Positions 12,710-20,560 of a DNA stretch of 24,000 nucleotides are shown here, in pieces. The stretch's first letter is position 1; the number at the start of each line of letters is the position of its first letter. The position numbers were made by a program, and so were the translations under genes. Source of the DNA: Rhizobiales bacterium 65-79 (lineage in GTDB: Bacteria; Pseudomonadota; Alphaproteobacteria; Rhizobiales; Rhizobiaceae); contig MKRJ01000011.1 of the NCBI GenBank assembly GCA_001896885.1, forward strand, positions 80,265 to 104,264, written 5' to 3'. Under the pieces are notes generated by a model that saw nothing but the letters and a program-made list of their open reading frames with translations, was not told where the DNA came from and did not search any database.

Positions 12710-13738
12710 TCAGGCCCTGAACAAGCCGCGATTGCCGAACAGCGGAGCCCTGTCGGCGATGGTGCTCGGCTCGGTGTGGTAGCGTGTGATGCGCTCGATT
12801 TCCGGCAGCGATCCGCAGATGAACGGCGTACGCTGCCGCAACGTCTCCGGCACGAGATCGAGCACCGGGCCGGCCGCGTCGGACGCGCCGCCGCCGGCCT
12901 GCTCCACGAGCAGGGCGATCGGATTGGCCTGAAAAACCAGCTCGATATGGCCCTGCGCGCAACCGGGCCGGTTGTCGGCCGGCTGCAGGTAGACGCCCCC
13001 ATGCATCAGGATGCGGTATATATGAGCGACCAGCGATGCGCCCCAGCGCATGTCGAAGTCACGCTTGCGCGGTCCGTCGGCGCCGCTCAGGCAGTCGTCG
13101 ATGTAGAGCCGAACGGCCTCCCGCCAGTGCCGGTAGTTCGAGGCGTTGATGGCGTATTCGGTTGCCTCCGCGGGGATCATGCAGCTCTCCTGCGCCTGGA
13201 CGAAAACCCCGAGCGGCGCCGAGAATATGAAAACATGGGTACCCTTGCCCAGCGTCAGCACAAGCCCCAGTTGGGGACCGTAGACGACAAAACCCGCTGC
13301 AAGCTGTCTCCTGCCAGGCTGCCGGAACGTTTCCCTTTCATCCGCCTGCAAAGCCGGCAGTACCGAGAAGATGGTTCCGACCGCCGCGTTGATATCGATG
13401 TTGGAAAAGCCGTCCATGGCCTGGATCGCGACCGCCAGCGGCGCATTGCGGTCAAGGGTCGCTGGAGCGTCGCCCTGCTCGGCGGCATAGAAGGCGACCG
13501 GCGCGTTGGCCATCGCCTCCAGGAACGTCGCGTTCGCCCGCGCTTCGAGAGCGCGCCTGGGATCGTCACCCCCGCTCGACAGCGGATCGCCGCCACCTGG
13601 GCCGACGGTGCCCATCATGGCGCGCAGCTTCAGCGCGGCGGAGGCCAGCGCCCGCACCGTTTGCGCAACGGCGGGCCGCAACCCGGTCTGGGACACCATG
13701 TAGGAATCCAGAAACGCATCGAGCGTCGAGGCGATCAT
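12710..13738 (-). CDS. cbbF: Class I fructose-1,6-bisphosphatase homologue (CbbF position) with substituted catalytic carboxylates; activity doubtful
   Basis: FBPase blocks MDGFSNIDINAAVGTIFSV, AAGFVVYGP, YAINASNY, GGVYLQP and NPIALLVEQAGGGASD are present. It is the first gene of the operon and divergent from cbbR. GGGAGAAG lies upstream of ATG 13738. See the finding for the Gln substitutions. Confidence 0.85.
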   Translation of the reverse strand: MIASTLDAFLDSYMVSQTGLRPAVAQTVRALASAALKLRAMMGTVGPGGGDPLSSGGDDPRRALEARANATFLEAMANAPVAFYAAEQGDAPATLDRNAPLAVAIQAMDGFSNIDINAAVGTIFSVLPALQADERETFRQPGRRQLAAGFVVYGPQLGLVLTLGKGTHVFIFSAPLGVFVQAQESCMIPAEATEYAINASNYRHWREAVRLYIDDCLSGADGPRKRDFDMRWGASLVAHIYRILMHGGVYLQPADNRPGCAQGHIELVFQANPIALLVEQAGGGASDAAGPVLDLVPETLRQRTPFICGSLPEIERITRYHTEPSTIADRAPLFGNRGLFRA

Positions 13739-13857
13739 CCTGCTTCTCCCGGACGCGCCGACATCCTCGACGTTTCCCGAAAACAGAATGACAGGGGAAC
13801 CGGAGTTTAGTAAAATTTAATTTCCTTACATTCGAGATAAGAAAAACCTACTGAGAA
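13739..13857. promoter_or_regulatory. cbbR/cbbF divergent control region with candidate LysR (CbbR) boxes
   Basis: 119-bp spacer with a roughly 50-bp AT-rich core (13806-13850) in a GC-rich genome. TTA-N7-TTA, which is a T-N11-A box, lies at 13807-13819. The dyad GTAA-N12-TTAC lies at 13810-13829. Confidence 0.5.
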
Positions 13858-14796
13858 ATGCGAAACATCTCCCTGAGGCAGTTGCGGGCCATGTCGGCGA
13901 TCCAGCGTCACCGCAAGATCGTTTCCGCAGCGGCCGAACTTGGCCTCACGCCGCCCGCCGTCACCCTGCAGCTGCAGCAGCTCGAGCATGAAACCGGCCT
14001 GGTCCTGTTCGACCGGACGCCCGACGGCATGCGCGCGACGGCGGCCGGGCTAGCGGTGCTCGACGCCGCGCAGGCCGTCGAGGAGCGGCTTCGCGTGCTT
14101 TCCGACGAGATCGATGCCGTCAAGGGGGTGAAGCAGGGCAGCCTGCGTCTCGGCGTCGTCTCGACCGCGAAATATTTTGCGCCGCGGCTGATGGCGGCCT
14201 TCATGGCGGATTTTCCGGGCATCGAGATGCGACTGAAGGTCGGCAACCGCGCCCAAACGATCGACAGCCTGAAAAACCACGATCTCGACATCGCCCTGAT
14301 GGGGCGTCCGCCCGACGACGTTCCCGTCCGAGCCGTCGTCATCGGCGATCACCCGCTGGTGATCATCGCCGCGCCTGATCATCCGCTGGTGAGGCAGCGC
14401 GACATCAGCAAGGAGATTATCGCGGGTGAATCCGTGCTCCTGCGCGAGCCCGGCTCGGGAACGCGCACATCCATGGAGATTTTCATGCGGGGCGTGACAG
14501 GGTGGATGGACAGCCCCGCCATCGAGATGGATTCGAACGAGACAATCAAGCAATCGGTGATGGCCGGTCTCGGGGTGGCGTTCATTTCCGGCCATACGGT
14601 ATCCTACGAATTGGAGGCCGGGCGGCTGGCCTTGCTCGACGTCGTGGGGATGCCGCTTCGGCGGCAATGGTTCGCCGTCGCGCGCAGCGATCGCGTCATG
14701 ACCCCGGCAATGGCCGCGTTCCACGATTTCCTGGCGAGATCGGGCACCCGCTATCTGCCGGCCTTCGGCCGATTGTATCCGCAGCAGGCATCCTGA
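13858..14796 (+). CDS. cbbR: LysR-type transcriptional activator CbbR, 312 aa
   Basis: N-terminal wHTH ISLRQLRAMSAIQRHRKIVSAAAELGLTPPAVTLQLQQLE. CbbR-typical C-terminal blocks REPGSGTR and EMDSNETIKQSVMAGLGVAFISGHTV. It is divergent from the cbb operon. Confidence 0.9.
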   Translation: MRNISLRQLRAMSAIQRHRKIVSAAAELGLTPPAVTLQLQQLEHETGLVLFDRTPDGMRATAAGLAVLDAAQAVEERLRVLSDEIDAVKGVKQGSLRLGVVSTAKYFAPRLMAAFMADFPGIEMRLKVGNRAQTIDSLKNHDLDIALMGRPPDDVPVRAVVIGDHPLVIIAAPDHPLVRQRDISKEIIAGESVLLREPGSGTRTSMEIFMRGVTGWMDSPAIEMDSNETIKQSVMAGLGVAFISGHTVSYELEAGRLALLDVVGMPLRRQWFAVARSDRVMTPAMAAFHDFLARSGTRYLPAFGRLYPQQAS

Positions 14797-15006
14797 TGGC
14801 GGCATGGCAGCGGGCGATCAGCGCCCCCCGATACCTGGAGGCAAGTCCGCCCGCGGCGCGCCGCGCGGCCGCATCGTCGAGCGGCGCCGGTGTTGCGTCT
14901 TTCCCATCGCGCTGAGCGAGCGGACGTCGATATGCCGGAGCGCGGCCACGGTGCGCGTGGCGCGTCGGCGGCCGAGGCAGTCCGATGAAATCCGGCACCT
15001 GCCTTT

Positions 15007-15588
15007 TCAGACGCCTGTGACCAGCTTCGCCATGACGACGATGATGGCGACCTGCATGAGGCCCTGGCTTGCGACCACGTAGTAGAAGCGGCTCATCATC
15101 CGGCCGATCTTCTGCCCGTCCGGAATTGGCTTCTGCAACTCGAAGCAGACGCGCAGGCTCGTCGGCAACAGGTAGCCGACGCCCTGGATCGTCATCAGCG
15201 TGACCAGTACCAGCGCGGCGGCGATCCAGCCGAATTCTGGCCAGGGCAGTTGGGTGAAGCCGAGTTCGACGGCGAGGAACCAGCCGGCCGTGCCAGTGAT
15301 GACGGACAGCGTCGGCATGAGGAACAGCGTCACCGGCGTCAGCCGCGTGATGATCTCCTTGCGCACGGGGACGGCGACGCTCCGGATGATCGGGCCGATG
15401 ACGAAGCCCATGAACAGGTCGATGCCGGTCCACAGCACGCCGCTCATGACATGGACCCAGTTGAGGAACCAGACATTGCCGTAGGCGATCGCGACGAGCA
15501 TCACCAGAAGCGCCGCCGCCACATACCATAGATAATGCCACCGGATCAGGCCCGGCCGGCCTTCCGGAATTCCCTCGATCGCCGTCAT
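15007..15588 (-). CDS. Integral membrane protein of unknown function, 193 aa, about 5-6 TM
   Basis: Clean ORF with alternating hydrophobic helices and short loops (for example WFLNWVHVMSGVLWTGIDLFMGFVIGP). It is divergent from the ABC operon. I recognise no family. Confidence 0.6.
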   Translation of the reverse strand: MTAIEGIPEGRPGLIRWHYLWYVAAALLVMLVAIAYGNVWFLNWVHVMSGVLWTGIDLFMGFVIGPIIRSVAVPVRKEIITRLTPVTLFLMPTLSVITGTAGWFLAVELGFTQLPWPEFGWIAAALVLVTLMTIQGVGYLLPTSLRVCFELQKPIPDGQKIGRMMSRFYYVVASQGLMQVAIIVVMAKLVTGV

Positions 15589-15746
15589 CGTCCTGCCCTG
15601 CCACCCAAAAAAGGAAAGATACGCCCGCGCCCGCTTTCGGCCAAATCAAATCGACGGGGCGGATCTCCGATCGGGATCGGCCGCGCGCCCCACCCCCCGG
15701 GGAGGGACGGGATCGCAGTGCCGTCTCGAAGCCGGCTTGCCGCCGC

Positions 15747-15768
15747 GATAGTTTTGTATCAAACTATC
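15747..15768. promoter_or_regulatory. Perfect inverted repeat GATAGTTT-N6-AAACTATC; candidate operator
   Basis: 8-bp arms at 15747-15754 and 15761-15768, flanked by CGCG on both sides. It lies 47 nt upstream of the binding-protein ATG, inside the 226-bp divergent spacer. Confidence 0.4.
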
Positions 15769-15814
15769 TGTCGCGCGAGGAGGCATCCTTGCGGATCGGT
15801 ATCGGGAGGAACAG

Positions 15815-17109
15815 ATGACGTCGACACAAAGTCTGGGGAGGCGCGTCGGACGGCGCACCGTCCTCAAGGGCATGGCGGCGGCCGGCGCTGCCGGCGCGGC
15901 AAGCTTCAGCGGATTGGCGCCGGCCTTCTCCGCGCCGAAGACCATCAAGATCGGGCTGGTGATGCCGCAGACCGGGCCGCTGGCGTTCTTCTGCGAGCAT
16001 ATCCCCTTCGTGCTCGAACAGGTGAAGAAGGCGACCGGCGGGAACCTCGACATCGGCGGCACGAAGCATCCGTTCGAGATCGTGGTGCGCGACAGCCAGT
16101 CCAATCCCAACCGCGCGGCGGAGGTGACGCAGGACCTGATCCTCAACCAGGGGGTCAATCTCATCGCCACCTTCGCCACGCCGGAAACGGTCAACCCGGT
16201 CTCGGACCAGTGCGAGCTGAACGGCGTCCCCTGCGTGTCCAACGACGCGCCGCTGGAGCCTTATTTCTTCGGCCGTCATGGCGACCCGAAGAAAGGGTTC
16301 GAATGGACCTATCATTTCTTCTTCAGCGGCGACGAACTGGTCAACTGCCTGATCCCGTTCTGGAACCGGCTCTCCACCAACAAGAAGATCGGCGGGCTGT
16401 GGCCGAACGACGGCGACGGCATCGCCCAGTCGAAGGGTTTCCCGCCGGTCATGCAGAAGGCCGGCTACACGGTCACCGACCCCGGGCGCTTCGACATGCC
16501 GGCCAGTAACTACAACGCGCAGATCGGCGCCTTCAAGGCGGCCGGCTGCGACATCGTCTCGGGCGTGGTGCCGCCGCCGGAAATGACCACCTTCTGGAAT
16601 GGCTGCGCCCAGCAGGGCTACAAGCCGAAGGCCGTCTATATGGGAAGGCGCTGGAATTCCCGGCGGGTATCGCGCCGCTCGGCGCGCGCGCGGAGGGCCT
16701 GACGACGGAGGTGTGGTGGTCGCCCTTCCATCCTTATTCCTCGTCGATGAACGGGCAGACCTCGAAGGAACTCGCCGATTCCTACGAGGCGGAAAGCGGA
16801 CGCCAGTGGTCGCAGCCGCTCGGGTTCAGGCATTCGCTCTTCGAGGTCGCGCTCGATACGCTGAAGCGGGCCCAGGACCTCGACAAGCCCGAATCCATTC
16901 GCGACGCGCTGAAGACGACCAATCTGAAGACGATCGTCGGGCCTGTCGACTTCGCCACCGGACCGCTTCCGAACTGCTCGCTGACGCCGCTCGTCATGGC
17001 GCAATGGCGCAAGGGGAAGAAGTATCCCTTCGACATCGTCATCGTCGACAATTCGAAGTTCCCGGAAATCCCTGTCGGCGGAGAACCGGAGCCGATACCC
17101 TACAGTTGA
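15815..17109 (+). pseudogene. HAAT-family (LivK-like, Peripla_BP_6 type) periplasmic substrate-binding protein with a Tat signal, split by a 1-nt frameshift near 16637-16645
   Basis: Track ORFs 15815..16702 and 16711..17109 are the N- and C-halves of one roughly 431-aa binding protein. The frame changes from 2 to 1. Reading ...GYKPKAVY then switching frame gives GKALEFPAGIAPLGARAEGLTTEVWWSPFHPY, which is continuous. The span is 1295 nt, one short of a multiple of 3. GGGAGGA precedes ATG 15815, and a twin-arginine motif GRRTVLKG is present. Confidence 0.8.
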
Positions 17110-17120
17110 GAGGCGGGGGT

Positions 17121-17149
17121 GGCCGGCGCGGAGATGGGGCGCGCCGGCC
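17121..17149 (+). other. Intercistronic stem-loop (10-bp perfect GC stem, 9-nt loop) after the binding-protein gene
   Basis: GGCCGGCGCG (17121-17130) pairs with CGCGCCGGCC (17140-17149). It lies 11 nt after the stop at 17107-17109. Only TT follows, so it is not a canonical intrinsic terminator. Confidence 0.5.
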
Positions 17150-17192
17150 TTGACCATTGACGAGGGGATGCCGGGGACGTGTCCTGTTGAGA

Positions 17193-17909
17193 ATGCTGGA
17201 ACTGATCGGCCTGTCCCTGCACTTCGGCGCGCTCAAGGTGCTCGATGGGCTCGACCTTACCGTCGAGCGCGGCGAGGTGCTCGGTGTCCTCGGGCCGAAC
17301 GGGGCGGGCAAGACGACGCTTTTCAATGTCATCGTCGGCGTGCATGCGCCGAACGCCGGGCGCGTCCTTTTCGAGGGGCGCGACCTTGGCGCCATGCGCA
17401 TGTGGCATCGCTGCCGGGTTGGTATCGGCCGCACCTTCCAGGTGCCGCGGCCCTTCTCGGACATGACGGTCTTCGACAACGTTCTGACCTCGGCGGTGCA
17501 TGGCGGCGGACTGTCGCTCGCGGAGGGACGCCGGCAGGCGGAGGAGGCGCTCGACAGCGCGGGACTGACGCACCGCATCGGCCAGCGGGCGGGCAACCTG
17601 CCGCTGCTCGACCTGAAGCGGCTGGAGCTTGCCAAGGCGATCGCCTGCCGCCCGCGCCTGCTCCTGCTCGACGAGATCGCCGGCGGCCTGACCGATCGTG
17701 AATGCGAGGTGCTGCTCGGCATATTGCGATCGCTGCATGGGCAAGGCATGACCATCGTCTGGATCGAGCACGTCATGCATGCGCTGCGCGGCGTCGCCAG
17801 CCGGCTTGCCGTGCTCCATGGCGGCAGGATCATCTCCACCGGTTCGCCCGACGATGTCCTCGCCGATCCGCGCGTCCACGAAATCTATCTCGGGGACGCG
17901 GCGGCATGA
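17193..17909 (+). CDS. ABC transporter ATP-binding protein, LivG-like, about 238 aa
   Basis: Walker A GPNGAGKTTLF, Walker B LLLLDEIAGGL and H-loop WIEHVMH. The signature region is atypical (LPLLDLKRLELAKA). The start is taken as ATG 17193 (MLELIGLSLHFG...); the track TTG at 17157 is less likely. Confidence 0.88.
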   Translation: MLELIGLSLHFGALKVLDGLDLTVERGEVLGVLGPNGAGKTTLFNVIVGVHAPNAGRVLFEGRDLGAMRMWHRCRVGIGRTFQVPRPFSDMTVFDNVLTSAVHGGGLSLAEGRRQAEEALDSAGLTHRIGQRAGNLPLLDLKRLELAKAIACRPRLLLLDEIAGGLTDRECEVLLGILRSLHGQGMTIVWIEHVMHALRGVASRLAVLHGGRIISTGSPDDVLADPRVHEIYLGDAAA

Positions 17910-18613
17910 ACGGGACGCCGCTCCTCTCGGTCGAGAGCCTCTCCGTTTTCTACGGCCATTTTCGCGCTTTGGACGCGGTCGAGCTTTCCGTCGGCGCCGG
18001 AGAGATCGTTTCCATCATCGGCGCGAACGGAGCCGGAAAGTCCTCGCTGATGAAGGCCATCGTCGGCCAGGCCGACCGCATCGAGGGCCGCATCTGCCTG
18101 GAGGGCGCGGACCTCGCGGATCGAAGCACGGCCGAGATCGCAAAGGCCGGGGTCGCGCTCGTGCCGGAGGGGAGGCGGCTTTTCTCGTCGCTTACGGTCG
18201 AGGAGAATTTGCGCATCGGCCAGGAGGTCGGACGCGAAGGGGATATCGGTTTCGACGACATCTATCGCATGTTCCCGGTGCTGCGCGAAAGACGACGCCA
18301 GTTGGCGCGGCAGCTTTCCGGCGGCCAGCAGCAGATGGTGGCGGTCGGCCGGGCACTGCTCGCCAATCCGAAGCTTCTCCTGTGCGACGAGATCAGTCTC
18401 GGACTTGCCCCGGTCGTCATCGGCGATCTCTACGAGATGCTGCCGAAAATCCGCGAGCGCGGCATCGGCATCCTCGTGGTCGAGCAGGACATCAGCCGTT
18501 CGCTCGCCGTCGCCGACCGCTTCTACTGCCTGCTCGAAGGCCGCGTGAACTTGAGCGGCCGGCCGGCGGAAACCAGTCGGGAAATCGTCGCCCGGCACTA
18601 TTTCGGAGGCTAG
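17906..18613 (+). CDS. ABC transporter ATP-binding protein, LivF-like, 235 aa
   Basis: Walker A GANGAGKSSLM, canonical signature LSGGQQQMVAVGRAL and Walker B LLLCDEISLGL. ATGA overlap with the upstream ATPase gene. Confidence 0.9.
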   Translation: MNGTPLLSVESLSVFYGHFRALDAVELSVGAGEIVSIIGANGAGKSSLMKAIVGQADRIEGRICLEGADLADRSTAEIAKAGVALVPEGRRLFSSLTVEENLRIGQEVGREGDIGFDDIYRMFPVLRERRRQLARQLSGGQQQMVAVGRALLANPKLLLCDEISLGLAPVVIGDLYEMLPKIRERGIGILVVEQDISRSLAVADRFYCLLEGRVNLSGRPAETSREIVARHYFGG

Positions 18614-18618
18614 GACCG

Positions 18619-19485
18619 GTGCTCGGAGGTTGGCTCAACCAGATCGTGCAGGGCGTACTCCTCGGCGGGCTCTACGCCACCTTCGCCATGGGGCTGTCGC
18701 TCTCGGTCGGCATCATGCGCTTCGTCAACATCGCCCATGGCGACCTGATCGTGCTCGTCTCCTTCCTCATCCTGACGCTGACGACGACGCTCGGGCTTTC
18801 GCCGCTCGCCGCGGTGCTGGTGACGTTGCCGATCACCTTTTTCGGCGGCTATCTCCTGCAGCGGCTCCTGCTGCAGCGGGTGCTCGGCAAGGGCGTGCTG
18901 CCGATCATCCTCGTCACGTTCGGCCTTTCGATCATCGTCCAGAACGGACTGCTCGGAACCTACGGCGCGGATACGCGCAAGGTCGCGGGCGGCTCCTTCG
19001 AAACGGCGACGCTGATGCTCGGCGGCGGCGTCAATGTCGGGGTCCTGCCGCTCACCATCTTCCTGTCGGCGATCGCCATGGTGGTCGTGCTCGACTTCGT
19101 GCTGTACCGGACACGGCTAGGCGCCCGCATTCGCGCCGTTTCGGACGATGTCGCGGCCGCCGACCTTATCGGGCTGCCGTCGGCACGTATCTATGCCACG
19201 GCGATGGGGATCGTCGGCGTCACCATCGCGATCTCAGCGGGCTTCATGTCGATCTGGACGAATTTCGACCCGACCAGCGGGCCGAGCCGTCTGCTGGTCG
19301 CCTTCGAGGCCGTGGTGCTCGGCGGGCTCGGCAGCCTGTGGGGCACGCTTGCCGGCGGCATCATCATCGGCATCGCCCAGGTGGTCGGCGCGCAGGTCGA
19401 CGCGGCATGGCAGTTGCTCGCCGGGCATCTCGTCTTCCTGGCCATCTTCATGCTCAGGCCCGAGGGCCTGTTCCCGAAATATTGA
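18619..19485 (+). CDS. Branched-chain-type ABC permease, LivH-like, about 288 aa
   Basis: Polytopic, with an N-terminus LNQIVQGVLLGGLYATFAMGLSLSVG typical of LivH-family permeases. GTG 18619 has GGAGG 9 nt upstream. The long track ORF from 17779 is an out-of-frame upstream extension. Confidence 0.9.
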   Translation: MLGGWLNQIVQGVLLGGLYATFAMGLSLSVGIMRFVNIAHGDLIVLVSFLILTLTTTLGLSPLAAVLVTLPITFFGGYLLQRLLLQRVLGKGVLPIILVTFGLSIIVQNGLLGTYGADTRKVAGGSFETATLMLGGGVNVGVLPLTIFLSAIAMVVVLDFVLYRTRLGARIRAVSDDVAAADLIGLPSARIYATAMGIVGVTIAISAGFMSIWTNFDPTSGPSRLLVAFEAVVLGGLGSLWGTLAGGIIIGIAQVVGAQVDAAWQLLAGHLVFLAIFMLRPEGLFPKY

Positions 19486-19496
19486 GGGCGGGCAGG

Positions 19497-20543
19497 ATGA
19501 AGGCTTCAACGGGAGCGTTTGCGATATGGTGCGGCCGCCTCGCCCTGTTCGCGGGGGCCGCGGTCCTCGTCGCCGCGCCGTGGCTCTTTCGCGTCACCGA
19601 CATCGCGCTTCTTACCGAATTCCTGTCGCTCCTGACGATCGCCGTCATGTGGAACCTCGTGGCCGGTTATGCCGATATCGTGTCGGTCGGACAGCATGCC
19701 TTCGTCGGCATCGGCGCCTACGCTTTCTTCGGCTTCGCCGTCATCGCCCGCATCGATCCGTTCTTGGCCATTCCGCTGGCGGCACTGGTGGCGCTTCTCT
19801 TCGCCATCCCGGTGATGGCGATCATCTTCCGCCTGCGTGCGGCCTATCTCGCGGTCGGAAGCTGGGTAGTCGCCGAGACGCTGATGCTGGCGGCCGGGAA
19901 GCTTTCCGCCTTCGGCGGCGGATCGGGGATCAGCATGCCGGTGTCGGTCGTGCGCATCTTCGGCGCGCATCCGGCGGAGCGCTATGCGACGATCTACTGG
20001 ATCGCCTTCGCCGTGGCGGCGCTTTCCCTGGTCTCGACATGGCTCCTCATGCGCTCGCGCATCGGGCTCGGCCTCACCGCCATCCGCGACGACGAGCAGG
20101 GCGCCGGCGTCGTCGGCGTCAATCTCTCCGGGCTGCGCATCCTCTGCTTCCTTTGGGCGGCGCCGTTCCTCGGTCTCGCCGGCGCCGTGATCACCCTGCA
20201 GAAACTCCGGGTCGCGCCGCCGGCCTCCTTCTCCATCATCGACTGGACGGTCTATGTGATCTTCATCGTGGTGATCGGCGGCATCGGCAGCTTCGAGGGA
20301 CCGATCATCGGCACCGTCATCTTCTTCCTGATCCGCTCCTATCTGAGCGAGATCGGCGTCTGGCATTTCATCATTCTCGGCGTGCTGTCGATCGCCGTGG
20401 TGCTGGTGGAGCCCCGCGGCCTGTGGGGGCTGGTCCGGCGCTTCCTGCCGGAGGACGTGATCCCGATCACGCGGCGCCCGCCGCTGCCCGGCCGCCCTAC
20501 GGAGCAGGCAAGCCGGCCCGCCGAGAGCATTGCGCACGAGTAA
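19497..20543 (+). CDS. Branched-chain-type ABC permease, LivM-like, 348 aa
   Basis: Polytopic, with blocks WNLVAGYADIVSVGQHAFVGIGAY, GLGLTAIRDDEQGAGVVGVN and VVIGGIGSFEGPIIG. ATG 19497 lies 11 nt after the LivH-like stop. Confidence 0.9.
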   Translation: MKASTGAFAIWCGRLALFAGAAVLVAAPWLFRVTDIALLTEFLSLLTIAVMWNLVAGYADIVSVGQHAFVGIGAYAFFGFAVIARIDPFLAIPLAALVALLFAIPVMAIIFRLRAAYLAVGSWVVAETLMLAAGKLSAFGGGSGISMPVSVVRIFGAHPAERYATIYWIAFAVAALSLVSTWLLMRSRIGLGLTAIRDDEQGAGVVGVNLSGLRILCFLWAAPFLGLAGAVITLQKLRVAPPASFSIIDWTVYVIFIVVIGGIGSFEGPIIGTVIFFLIRSYLSEIGVWHFIILGVLSIAVVLVEPRGLWGLVRRFLPEDVIPITRRPPLPGRPTEQASRPAESIAHE

Positions 20544-20560
20544 ACATCGAGGAGACGAAA

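Noticed and set aside
13810-13817. The 8-mer GTAAAATT is shared between the cbb control region and the bchF/aerR control region (2010-2017), hinting at a common regulator
   Set aside because: Both regions are short AT-rich islands. By a rough estimate, a shared AT-only 8-mer is expected by chance at about this frequency, and the flanking sequence does not align.
14797-15006. 210-bp gap between the convergent cbbR and membrane-protein genes, with small track ORFs (for example 14804..15082)
   Set aside because: The ORFs have no RBS and junk-like Arg/Pro-rich composition. I found only a weak 5-bp stem and no U-tract, so there is no supportable sRNA, terminator or gene call.
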